Source: Eledone cirrhosa
Lineage: Eukaryota
Assembly (NCBI GenBank): GCA_964016885.1
Contig: OZ024743.1
Coordinates: forward strand, 192,944,001 to 193,008,000
Direction of reading: 5' to 3'
Length of the DNA stretch: 64,000 bases
The translations under genes and the position numbers were made by a program. Below the pieces are notes generated by a model that worked only from the letters and a program-made list of their open reading frames with translations, ran no database searches and was not told the origin of the DNA. Numbering within the stretch: the stretch's first letter is position 1; every line of letters begins with the position of its first letter. This document shows positions 10,722 through 23,100 of this stretch, one piece after another.

Positions 10722-13686
10722 ATCATCATCATCAGCACCACCGTTTTACGTCCGTTCTTCCACGCTAGCATGGGTTAGACGGGTTGTCCTGTTGTGGGCA
10801 GTGTCTGGTCGGCTGACCATGCCTTGCTCATACAGGAACTGATTTGGCTTGATTTCTACAGCTGGATGCCCTTCCTAACACCAACCTCATTTACAGTGAG
10901 TGCTGGGTACTTTTTTTCCGTGGCGCCTACACGTCCACTTTACAGTGTGCGCTGGGTGCTTTTTTTTCCGTGGCACCTCCACGACCACCTTGCGGTGGGG
11001 GGTGTGGGGGCATATTGTCTATATGCTTCAGCTTGTACCCATGGGAGGTCGGGTACTCTGTATTACTGCGTGACGCCAGAAGTCACGGTCGTGTGTCATT
11101 GTCTTTGAGAGGTGTAATTGGGTAAGGTCGGCTTTTATCACCTCATCCCAGGTCATCTTGGGTCTCCCCACTCCGCGGTTTCCATCAACTTCTAGTGCTC
11201 TGCACATTTTTATGCAGCTATCATCCTTCATACGCATCACATGTCCATACCAGCGCAACCGCCTCTCCTGCACACAGCATTTGATTCCTCTTATGCTCAG
11301 TCTCTCTCTCAATTCATTTATGCTTTGTCGTTCACGTATATTATTGTTACACATCCATCGGAGCATGCAGGCTTCGTTTCTCTCTAATCTACGTAAGTCT
11401 TCCACCTTCAGCGCCCAGGTCTCGCTACCATGCAACATCGCTGTTCGGATACACGCATCATACAGTCTGCCTTTCATTCTGAGGGAGAAGCCTTTTGCAG
11501 CTAGCAGTGGTAGTAGTTCCCTAAACTTCTTCCATCCCGTTCTTACCCTAGTTATTGCACTTTCTGAACACCCACCTCTACTGCTAATTCGGTCACCTAG
11601 GTAGCAGAAGCTGTCAACTGTTTCTACAGGGCCCTCCCAGAGATTGGTGGTACTTGTTTCCTGTGGCTGTTTGCTGTTTGCTGTCTCAGCACAGCTGCTG
11701 CATGTGAATCCTACATTCTTAATTAAGCTTCCTGAGATCCCGCTACATCTCTTGTGTACCTATTGTTTGCATTTGGGGCAGAGAATGGAGTTCCTACCTA
11801 CACCTTTCCTACATACTGAGCAAGGCCATTTCCCTGAGGGGATCTGGGTTCTGTTATATCGTCTACTTACAAGGACCTTAGTCTTTGTCATGTTGACTTT
11901 GAGACCCTTTCTTTCTAGTCCCTGCTTCCAGGTTTGGAATTTATTCTCTAGTTCTACCATAGATTCAGCTATGAGTGCGAGGTCATCAGCATACAGGAGT
12001 TCCCATGGGCGTCCGGTCTTAAACTCTTCCGTTATTGCCTGCAGGACTATGATGAACAGGAGAGGGAGGGCTAAGAACAGAGCCCTGGTGGACCCCAACC
12101 TGTACGCTAAATTCCTCGCTATACTCATTGCTAATCCTAACTTTGCTGACTGCTCCCCTATACATGGCTTGTACCGCTTTCACAAGCCATTCATCTACTC
12201 CTAGTTTTCTAAGAGCCCATCAGATTACAGCACATGGAACTCTGTCAAAGGCTTTCTCAAGGTCGACAAATGCCAAGTAGAGTGGCTTACTTTTAGCTAG
12301 ATACTTTTCCTGTAATTGCCTCACAAGGAAGAGGGCATCAGTGGTGCCTCTTCCTGGTACAAACCCAAATTGCATCTCGTCTATTTTCACCCGGTCCCTA
12401 ATCAGCTGTGCTATAACTCTTTCTGTTACTTTCATGACCTGGTCCATCAACTTTATACCTCTATAGTTTCCTCTATCTAGTGCATCGCCTTTACCGTTGT
12501 AGCAGTTGACAATGATGCTACTGCACCAATCTTTTGGTATGGCCCCTTCTAGTATTACCTGGTTAACGATACGTGTGGTTATAGTGTGACCTACAGACCC
12601 AGATGCCTTCAGCATCTCGGCAACTATACCCGATGGACCGGTTGCCTTCCCCATCTTCATATCTCTGATTGCCTTACTTACTACGCTGCCGCTGACTTGT
12701 ACTGCTGGTCCCTCTATAGGGTCTACTTGGGGTAGGGTCTCTTCCCATGCATTCTCCTCATTTAGTAATCTATCATAATGACTCTTCCATGCATCTTTCT
12801 TCTCAGCACTTGTGAGGGCAAGCTCACCTTTATCATTCCGGATACACTTCTCTCCAATGACATCACAACTATCTCTGACACACTGCCTCGCAATCTTGAA
12901 TACCTCCTGTTTCTGGTCCTCACGTTGTAAAACATGCTTGAATTTTCTATCCTCTGCTTCCCTCCTAGCTAAGTATACTTGTCGCCTAGCTTCCCTCTTG
13001 GTCTCTATGTAATGTACCCTACTCCCCCCGTTCTTCCATTCTTTCCATGCCTGTCTCTTGGCCTTGACTGCTTCATCTACCTTATTGTTCCACCACCAAG
13101 TCACTCTCCTCCTGCTTGAGGTCTTACTCCAGCCACAGACCTCGTCCGTCGCCTCTAGTAAATTATTTTTTAGGAACTCCCAGTTCTCTTCTACATTAAA
13201 TGTCTATCTTTCTTCTTTACTGTCGTAGGCGTTGAGTAAAATATCTTTAAATCTGTTACTGGTTGAGGGGACTTTCAGCTTCCAGATCTTTCTTCTCCAG
13301 GTTGGCCTCTGTTTCAGGGCTCGTCTAGTTCTGACCGTGAGGTCGCTGACAACTAAGCTATGTTGGGATGTACATTCCTCACTTGGGAAGGCTTTTGTGT
13401 TTACGACCGTCCATCTGTCACGTCCTCTGATGAGGATAAAATCTGATTGACTAGAGTGCTCCCCTGATCTATAGGTGATCAGGTGGTTGTCGGGTTTTTT
13501 AAAGTTTGTGTTACATATCGACATGTCATTGGCGTCGCAGAATTCTAGAAGTCTGAATCCTTCCTCATTCCTTGTGCCAACCCCATGGCCTCCATGTACT
13601 CTATTGTAGCCGTCGCAGTGTTTTCCTACGTGTCCGTTAAAATCTCCTGCGATGATTAGGAAGTCCTTGTCGTCTGTTAGAGCAGT

Positions 13687-13688
<2 letters not shown>
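10722..13688 (-). mobile_element. RTE (BovB-like) LINE, 5'-truncated, disrupted
   Basis: ORFs 13204-13524 (APE C-terminus), 12220-13104 (NYRGIKL, QFGF, FVDLEKAFDRV), 11760-12128 (YADD) and 11028-11477; 3' tail ends in (TGA)n. Confidence 0.95.
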
Positions 13689-13724
<36 letters not shown>

Positions 13725-13726
<2 letters not shown>

Positions 13727-14640
13727 CCGAACTACAGGTATTTGGAAGGCTTGCTACATAAGAATATTCGGATAGTTTAGAGGCGAAAAGGAATATTTAC
13801 GACGCTAACAGGAATATTTAGACGTCACTCTTGAAAGGAACGATGAGCCAATAGTGATGAGAATATACAATCAGACTAGAGATATTAGTTTTAGGGTAGC
13901 TTGGATGCCCTTCGCTGCCAGCTGTATATCCATGATACTGAGTTACGTGTTTTCTAGTCAAATATTAAGATGCGGTAGAACATGTAGCTAAGTAAAATTT
14001 TGTATGAGAGAGGTTAGGAAACTATTAACGTTCATGGTTGGATAAGGATTCAATAGGAAATTGTTGCGACAGAGTTTTCGTCATAACATTGGTATGAAAG
14101 GGGTGATTTTAAGAAGGTTTGGGGCTGTTCCCAGTTTGCAGATAAAGGACAATTTGGCTGAGTGTCAAGTTTTCCATTGAAATGCTATTGCGATTTGTAT
14201 CGGTGAAAAACGATGGGTGGTGGTCTCATGGTTCTGGGTTTTCTGTGTAAACATTTATTCTGTTTATGTTAGTGTGGTTCAAGTTAGGGCAGCTTTGACT
14301 AGAAGTGTTGTCCGGATGTTCATGCCAGGGCAGGTTATTTCATATCTTTAGAAGCACGTGGATTTGAAAAGATTGTTCTAAGGCGTACATGTTTTCAGTA
14401 TACTTTCCCTACGCTTGTACAGAATGTCTTATAACATACATGATTTCAGCTTCCTATTGTATGGTTGGCACGACTGTTTGACTAGTGTTCTTTGAAATCT
14501 AAGGGCTTCCTTTCATCTAATTGGAATGAGTGATAGACTGGGGTTCATTGAACTTTACATGTAAGCAAGATGCAGACCCTCAACACATCTGAGTGATTTG
14601 TAGCTCCACTTGAGTACTGATTCAGTTTATGAAAACTCAC
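13725..14640 (-). mobile_element. Possible degenerate Penelope-like fragment
   Basis: Weak RT C-terminal and GIY-YIG-like traces; no intact ORF. Confidence 0.35.
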
Positions 14641-15865
14641 CAAACTCCTACTCGCTGTGAGGATGGACGTTAAATAATGATGATGGTAATATATATGTGT
14701 GTATATATATATGAATGCATGTGTATAGGTACCTGTGTGTGTACACATGGAAAGGTGCATCAAGGGAGATGTAAGTGCTTGGTATGAAGCAGTGCAAAAT
14801 TTTCTCCAGCCACTACATTTTAATTATGAAGTAGGCACCAAAAGAATCTTTGCTCTTCAGGCACAGAACAGCCCTTACTATACTATTGTATGTGTGTGTG
14901 TACGTGCGCGAGACGCCCACGTGTAGTTGTATATGTGTGGAATGGACCTCTGTAGGTTTTAACGATGAATGTTCTAGTTGTTTGATCAATGGAAGAGGCT
15001 CTCATGAAATTAACGTCAATGGCTGCGCATTCTACAGATATGTGGACCCCTAACATAATTCTTAAGGAGATTTAGCATGACAAGGTTGGCCCTTAGAATT
15101 ACAGGTACAGTCAATCTGATAGGCTTCCAAACAGTTCCTATTTTCCCAATTTCATTCACAAGGTTTGGGTCAACCCACGGCTCAAAGTCGCTGCCTAATC
15201 ATTGCAAAGTGAACTACTTCACCATTCAGTCAGGCAAGTGTCATGTTAGTCACAATCCGTAACCACCACTCAAAATAAAAAGATATTAAATAATGTGAAG
15301 ATTACATTTCTTTATTTAATATATCAGGCAACAAAATGCAGCTACCAGCTGCCTTCCATACATTAATAATATACATAAAGAGCAAAAAACACTGTAACTG
15401 AGTCAGAATAAAAGATAATAATAGTGGTAATAAAATTGTTGTTATAATAATAATAATAATAATTGTTTCTACCTTTGGCACAAGGCCAGCAATTATCCCA
15501 GTGCATTACTGGTACTTTATTTTAATGACCCCGTAAGGATGAAAGGCAAAGTTAACCTCGGCAGATTTTGAACTCAGACCGTAAAGGACTGCAACTTTTT
15601 GCATAGAAGAGCATGGCATCTGACCCTCTACCGATACTACCAATCCATAATAATAATAATAACAATAATAATAATAATGTTTATTTAAAGGCATTTACGT
15701 AAATTGGAAACTAGAAATTTTGAAAGCCACTACCATTTTACACTTGTGAGTTAGTTTTAATTAGTTATAAGTTATAATTAAAAGCAAAGTAAATAAAATT
15801 TAAAAAAAATTAAAAGAATTTTTTTTTTTAAATTGCCTTTCTTTTCAAAGCAACTAATAACTTTG

Positions 15866-15867
<2 letters not shown>

Positions 15868-15915
<48 letters not shown>

Positions 15916-15916
15916 C

Positions 15917-15981
<65 letters not shown>

Positions 15982-15992
15982 CATATATATAT
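15868..15992. repeat. (TA)n microsatellite
   Basis: Direct reading. Confidence 0.95.
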
Positions 15993-16302
15993 TATGAGCG
16001 AGGGTTTGGAACTAAAAAAGAAAATCATACTAAATTGATAATTTTGTTTGTTGTTTTATTATCCTCATCCTTATCATCATAATTATCATTTAATATTTTT
16101 TTCTTCGAAATTTCAAACAATTATCTTGTTTCTTGATTTTTCTAATTTTTTCTTCGGTATTTACAGTACACCTAGAGTCAAAAAAAAGAAAAAAGAAAAG
16201 AAAACAGATCTACATAGGTCTTCTAATATCTTCTTTCCAAGATGTGCTTAGAAGTGTAGTCAAGGTTTAAGAATTTCGAAAGAGAGTTTGAAATGAATCT
16301 TG

Positions 16303-16304
<2 letters not shown>

Positions 16305-16357
<53 letters not shown>

Positions 16358-16482
16358 AACATATACATACATACATACATATACAGAGATTCCTATACAT
16401 ACACATACATGTATACATACATACACGTACACACATACATATATACATACACATACATATACACACACACATACATATATAC
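16305..16482. repeat. (TA)n/(CA)n/(TACA)n compound repeat in the probable NBR1 3' UTR
   Basis: Direct reading. Confidence 0.9.
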
Positions 16483-16533
16483 AAGAATATATAGGTTAAA
16501 ACATGTCTCCTTAAAAATATAGCCAATAGAAGA

Positions 16534-16661
16534 CAAATAGAAGAGAGAAGATGCTATCAACGAAGCCTGCTTAACCAATAGAAGAGAGATGATGCTTTCA
16601 CCGAAGTCTGCTTGACCAATAGAAGAGAGAAGATTCTATCAATGACGCCTGCTTGACCAAT
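16534..16661. repeat. 41-bp tandem repeat x3 spanning the NBR1 stop codon
   Basis: ccaat recurs at 16575, 16616 and 16657; unit ccaatagaagagagaagatgctatcaacgaagcctgcttga. Confidence 0.9.
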
Positions 16662-17112
16662 TATTTGAATCTTCATTATTGAGAATTTCTTGTACAACTT
16701 TCTCCACGTCATTGTTGTGTCTCTCCAACAAGGTTTGGTTAAGATCTCGATTAGCAAAACCCATTTCAATCAGTTTAACCATAGGTGACTGTGGTTCATG
16801 CTGAAAGTGAGGTTTTGGCCATTGCCTCTGTCTATTGTTCTCAGTGGCTTCTCTGCTTTTGCCTGAATCTGTTTGGTCAAGGTGTTTTGGACAATTGTTA
16901 ATCAGACAAGCAACACAAGGTGATGCATCAACACTAGTACTTTTTCTGTTACTACTGCTGCTGCCACCGTCAGTTACATTAGTAACATGCTTTACACAGC
17001 CAGCAACATTACATACAGGACATTGTTCCTTGGCCTCAGGCTTTCTGGTAGGTGGAGGCCAGCTGGAAGTATTTGTTGCATTAGAATGTCCAGGTTGAAT
17101 CACACCATCAAT
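16639..17112 (-). CDS. NBR1: NBR1 last coding exon, UBA domain
   Basis: ttcacag acceptor, phase 0; MVKLIEMGFANRDLNQTLLERHNNDVEKVVQEILNNEDSNNW has the MGF loop of an NBR1-type UBA; TGA at 16641-16639. Confidence 0.95.
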   Translation of the reverse strand: MDGVIQPGHSNATNTSSWPPPTRKPEAKEQCPVCNVAGCVKHVTNVTDGGSSSSNRKSTSVDASPCVACLINNCPKHLDQTDSGKSREATENNRQRQWPKPHFQHEPQSPMVKLIEMGFANRDLNQTLLERHNNDVEKVVQEILNNEDSNNWSSRRH

Positions 17113-20100
17113 CTGTGAAGAAATATCAAAAAGTTAATGACAACTTTTTCACATTTTGTTTCTGACATTTTTAAAAACAACTTTTTTCTTATTTTTCTTT
17201 TAGTTTGAATTTTCTAAATAGCAATACAAATGACATTAATGTTTTTGACTTAGTTTTCTACAGATGGAGGCCTTTCCTAACACCAATCACATTACAGCGT
17301 GTACTGGGTGTATTTTGTTAGAGATGCCTACTGGCTGTAGTAGGTTTTACTTTGTATTTAGGTAAAGCGGGTCTTCTCTATTACTGAGTACCGCCAAAGG
17401 TCTCGGTCCAGTGACATTGTCTTGGAGAGGTGTAAGTGTGTGAGGTCGGAATTTATCAGCTCGTCCCAGGTTTTTCTGGGTCTGCCTACTCCGTGGCTAC
17501 CGTCTATCTTTATTGCCCTGCACTTTGTTATACAGCTGTCGTCTTTCATGCGCATCACGTGACCATACCAACGTAGCCTTCTCTCGAGTAAACAACATCT
17601 GATCCCTCTTATTTCTAATTTTTTCCTTAGTTCGTTTATGCTTTGCCGTTCACGTATATTACTATTACACATCCAGCGGAGCATGCAAGCTTCGTTCCTC
17701 TCTAGTCTGCGTATATCCTCTACACACAATGCCCAGGTCTCACTGCCATGCAACATTGCTGTTCGTATGCAGGCATCATACAACCTGCCTTTCATTTTTA
17801 GGGAGAACCCTTTAGCGGCTAATAGTGGTATAAGCTCTCTGAACTTTTTCCATCCAGTTCTGACTCTAGCTACTGTACTTTCAGAGCCCCCCCCCCCCCC
17901 CCCCCCTGCTGATTTTGTCACCCAGGTAACGGAAGCTGTCCACTATTTCTATAGAACCCTCTGCGCAATTGAAAGAGTTAGTATTTTGTGGGCACTTGCT
18001 GCTACTTATTGCACCAGAGCACCGGCCACGTGTAAAATCTGTTCTTAGCTTACTTGTGATCCCACTACATCTTTTATGCACCCATACTTTGCATTTGGGA
18101 CATAAAATGGAGTTTCTACCTACGCCTTTCCTACACACTGAGCATGGCCACTTCCCGGAAGGGACCGCCGCCTTATTTTCTTTCTTACAAACTAGAACTT
18201 TAGTCTTAGCCAGGTTAATTTTAAGGCCTTTTGATTCTAGGCCGTGTTTCCATGTTTGGAATTTCTTCTCTAGCTCGGCCATTGATTCAGCTATGAGCGT
18301 TAGATCATCTGCGTATAGGAGTTCCCATCGGGAGCCGGTCTTGAACTCCACTGTTATAGCCTGAAGGGCAATAATAAATAGTAGGGGGCTAAGAACAGAG
18401 CCCTGATGGACACCAACTTTTACGCTAAACTCTTCACTATATTCGTTATTAATTCTAACCTTGCTGACTGTTTCTTTATACATGGCTTGTATAGCTCTCA
18501 CAAGCCATTCGTCAACACCTAGTTTTCTAAGAGCCCACCAGATAATGGAACGGGGGACTCTGTCGAAGGCTTTCTCCAAGTCGACAAAAGCTAAGTATAG
18601 GGGTTTACTTTTAGCTAGGTACTTCTGTAGTTGTCGTACAATGAAAAGAGCGTCTGTGGTACTTTTGCCTGACACAAACCCGAACTGCATTTCATCTAGA
18701 TCAATTCTCTCTCTGATTAGTTGCGCTATTACTTTTTCCGTGACCTTCATGACCTGGTCGATTAATTTAATGCCTCTATAGTTACTCCTATCTAGGGCAT
18801 CTCCTTTACCCTTATAACAGTTAATGATGATGCTGCTACACCAGTCCTTCGGAACAACCCCATTCTGTACGACTTGGTTTACTATCCGGGTGACCATGGT
18901 GTGTCCCACCGTTCCAGATGCCTTCAGCATCTCAGCAACTATTTCCGAAGGCCCAGCTGCCTTACCCGTCTTCATATCTTTGATTGCCTTACTTATTATA
19001 CTACCCTCGACTAACACTGCTGGTCCCTCTATTGGGTCGATGTGGGGGAGACTGTTTTTCTCCCATTTATTCTCCTCATTTAGTAGCCTTTCGTAGTGAC
19101 ACTTCCAAGCTACCTTCTTATCAGCGTCGGTGATGGCAAGTACGCCATCATCATTAAGTACACACTTCTCCCCGACAATATCACGGTTTTGCTTGACACA
19201 TTGCTTCCCTTCTTGCGAAGTACACTTGTCTCCTAGCTTCCCTCCTGGCCACTTGATAGTCTTCTCTACTTCCCCCATCCCGCCATACTTTCCAAGCCTG
19301 CTTTTTGGCCTTAATTGACTCCTCCACCTTACTGTTCCACCACCATGTTACTCCCCTCCTGCCTACAGGCCTGCTCCAGCCACAGACTTCGTCTGCCGCC
19401 ATCAGCAGGTTTGCTTTCAGGAATTCCCACTGTTCTTCTATATTGTACGACTCTAATTGCTCTTCCTTACTGTCGAAAGCATCAAGTAGTATGCTTTTAA
19501 ATTTATTTCTGGCTGTGGGGTCCTTTAGCTTCCATATTTTTCTCCTGAGGATAGTCCTCTTCTGCTGTCTAGTACGTCTCGTCCTGACTATTAGGTCGCT
19601 AATTATCAGTCTATGTTGGGAGGTGCATTCTTCATGGGGGAGGGATTTAGTGTTTACAACAGACACTCTGTCACGTCTTCTGGTAAGGATATAATCTACC
19701 TGGCTTGTGTGTTCCCCCGATCTATAGGTGATCAGGTGATTGTCTCATTTTTTGAAGTTAGTCTTACAGATAGTTAGGTTATTTGCGTCACAGAATTCCA
19801 GGATTCTGGAGCCTTCCTCATTTCTAGTACCAAACCCATAGCCTCCATGGATTCCGTTGTAGCCGTCACAATGTTGTCCAACGTGGCCATTTAGGTCGCC
19901 TGCAATAATTATATAGTCACTGTCGGTTATTTGGGAGGTAGTGAGCATCAGTGTCTCATAGAATCTGTCTTTTATAGTGCCAGGAAGTCCGGATTGGGGT
20001 GCGTACGCAGATATTACTGTCACTGTAGTTCTATTGAGGACAAGTCTTATTTTAATTATTCTGTCGTTCACTCTATTTACGTCTATTATCTTATCTGCCC

Positions 20101-23100
20101 ACTTTTCTGCTACCATGATTCCTACTCCACCCAGCCTGTTGTCATTTCCCACCCAGAAAAGCTTATAGCATCGTTTTTTACCCACAATGAATCTAGCAGA
20201 CCCACCCCTCCACCTGGTCTCTTGAATACAACAAACATCGACCTCCTTACGTTCAAGCATTTCTACAACCTCATTAGAGCGACCCTTTAAGGTGCCTACA
20301 TTCATGGTACCAACTCTGAAGTTTTGGATTGCGTTTGGAGGGGGGGGGGGGGTTATGTTAGCGATCCGCGGCCGAAACAAAGAGGAGGAGTGCTCGCATT
20401 CTCGTCCACGAGGTGAATTTGTCTTTATCTTTGGCATTGTCGCTGAGCGTCCAGATTTCTCTCTCTTCAACTCTCCAGAATTCCGTAGTCCGTCCATCAT
20501 ATCGAAAGGCAACCAGGTAAGCGATAGTATAGGCCTCTGACTTATGATTGGTCCACGTAATGTGAATGGTGGTGCGTGGGGGCGGGCGGGAGGGATGTTG
20601 AGTTGTTAGCGAGAAGGTAAGGTTTAAATAAGAACCAGCATGATGTAGGGGAGAAGATAGGAAGGAGCAGGGGTTAAAAGTTTAAATGTTTAAATACGGT
20701 CCTCGAAATAACAAATATATTTAAAAAGAATATATAAGAAGGATTTTTGTTTTGAAAAATACGACAGAATTAAGGTTGGGGTAGTTTAGGTAAGCGAGAA
20801 GGTAAGGTTTAAATAAGATCCTCGTATTTGGGCATTTTTTTATCCCGATAGTAGAATAAGTTGGATTACTTTGAATAAATAATGAATGAATATTACATAA
20901 TTTATATATTAAATTTCGTAGCTGTTGATTAAATATAAATATTCTTATATATAATGATTGCTTATTTTAAGATTCACTTTTTTTAAATTTTCAAATGTCA
21001 ATACTTCCGGTTATGATATATAACATATGCTATATCATATCGGTTATATAAACGTTATATATTTTCATCGTTATATCATAACGTTTATATTTCCGTCGCT
21101 AATATTTTCCTTTTTCGTTTTCATCACATTTCACCGTAATGCAGTTTATATATAATGTCTTTTTTAAATGTATCATAGATTACTTCTTCAATTTCTGTGC
21201 CTATTCATCATCTTTATCATCGTTTAATGTCTCTGTTCCACGCTTGCATGGGTTTGGACGGGGGTTTTCCCACTTGAGGCAAGAGTGGTTGTCTTGCTCG
21301 CATAGGACTGTCTGGCGGGTTTTCTACAGCTGGATGCCCTTCCTAACACCAACCACATTTACAGTGTGGGGCTGGGAGGTTTTTACCGTGTTGCCTACAC
21401 GGCCACATTACAGCGTGGACTTTCTGGCGTGTTTTCTACAGCTGGATGCCCTTCCTAACACCAACCACATTTACAGTGTGGGACTGGGAGGTTTTTACCA
21501 TGTTGCCTACACGGCCACATTACAGCGTGGACTGTGTGTTTTTTGTCGTGACACCTACACGATCTCATTTGTTTCGGCCTGGATGTTGTGGCACCAACAT
21601 AACTTTGCATTGAAGGGGGCGGTGTGGATGGGGTGGGACGGGGGTGTATTTTGTTAGAGATGCCTACTGACCAGTAGGTTTTACTTTGTATTTAGGTAAG
21701 GCGGGTCTTCTCTGTTACTGAGTACCGCCAAAGGTCTCGGTCCAGTGACATTGTCTTGGAGAGGTGTAAGTGTGTGAGGTCGGAATTTATCAGCTCGTCC
21801 CAGGTTTTCCTGGGTCTGCTACTCCGTGGCTACCATCTATCTTTATTGCCCTGCACTTTGTTATACAGCTGTCGTCTTTCATGCGCATCACATGACCATA
21901 CCAACGTAGCCTTCTCTCGAGTAAACAACATCTGATCCCTCTTATTTCTAATTTTTTCCTTAGTTCGTTTATGCTTTGCCGTTCACGTATATTACTATTA
22001 CACATCCAGCGGAGCATGCAAGCTTCGTTCCTCTCTAGTCTGCGTATATCCTCTGCACACAATCTCTGCCCAGGTCTCACTGCCATGCAACATTGCTGTT
22101 CGTATGCAGGCATCATACAACCTGCCTTTCATTTTTAGGGAGAACCCTTTAGCGGCTAATAGTGGTATAAGCTCTCTGAACTTTTTCCATCCAGTTCTGA
22201 CTCTAGCTACTGTACTTTCAGAGCACCCTCCCCCACTGCTGATTTTGTCACCCAGGTAACGGAAGCTGTCCACTATTTCTATAGAACCCTCTGCGCAATT
22301 AAAAGAGTTAGTATTTTGTGGGCACTTGCTGCTACTTATTGCACCAGAGCACCAGCCACATATAAAATCTGTGTTCTTAGTTAGCTTACCTGTGATCCCA
22401 CTACATCTTTTATGCACCCATACTTTGCATTTGGGACATAAAATGGAGTTTCTACCTACGCCTTTCCTACATACTGAGCATGGCCATTTCCCGGAGGGGA
22501 CCGGCGCCTTATTTTCTTTCCTACAAACTAGAACTTTAGTCTTAGCCAGGTCAATTACAATTTTATTTGTCAATTACAATTTTATATGCTATGGAGGCAT
22601 ATGGCTTAGTGGTTAGAGCATTGGCCTTGCAATCGAAAGGTTGTGAGTTCAATTCTCAGACCGGGTGATGTGTTGTGTCCTTGAGCAAGACACTTTATTT
22701 CACATTGCTCCAGTTTACTCAGCTGTAGAAATGAGATGATAGGGACTGGGATCCATATCATTCCACTGTAAAGTGGTCGTGGAGGTGCCACGGCAAAAAA
22801 GCACCCTGCACTCACTGTAAATGAGGTTGGTGTTAGGAAGGGCATCCAGCTGTAGAAATCAAGCCAGAATCAGTTCCCGTCCCACCCTTGCAAGCAGGGA
22901 AAAGCGGACGTAAAATGAAATGATGATGATGATGATGTATCCATATCTACATACATGTATGTTTGCATATCAATATGCACACTACACATACTAGCAGAAA
23001 ACGACACGTAATGATAATTATTTTACATCCATCAGTTTTATGTCTGCTTTTCCGTCCAGGCACAAGTTAAAAAGAATTTTTTAAGGCAGTGTTTTAAAAT

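Larger units (their letters stand above)
20826..23005 (+). mobile_element. Non-autonomous Helitron copy split by RTE and SINE insertions
   Basis: 20826-21203, 22552-22588 and 22936-23005 match consecutive parts of 8345-8810. Confidence 0.6.

Noticed and set aside
11158-12204. Long plus-strand ORFs over the RTE
   Set aside because: Antisense shadows of the RTE coding strand; also true for 17638-20540 and 22326-22616.
16534-16661. CRISPR-like array
   Set aside because: Units are contiguous with no unique spacers, and the context is eukaryotic with no cas genes.
22590-22662. tRNA gene
   Set aside because: A and B boxes are present but there is no clean cloverleaf, and the sequence continues into a SINE body and RTE tail.
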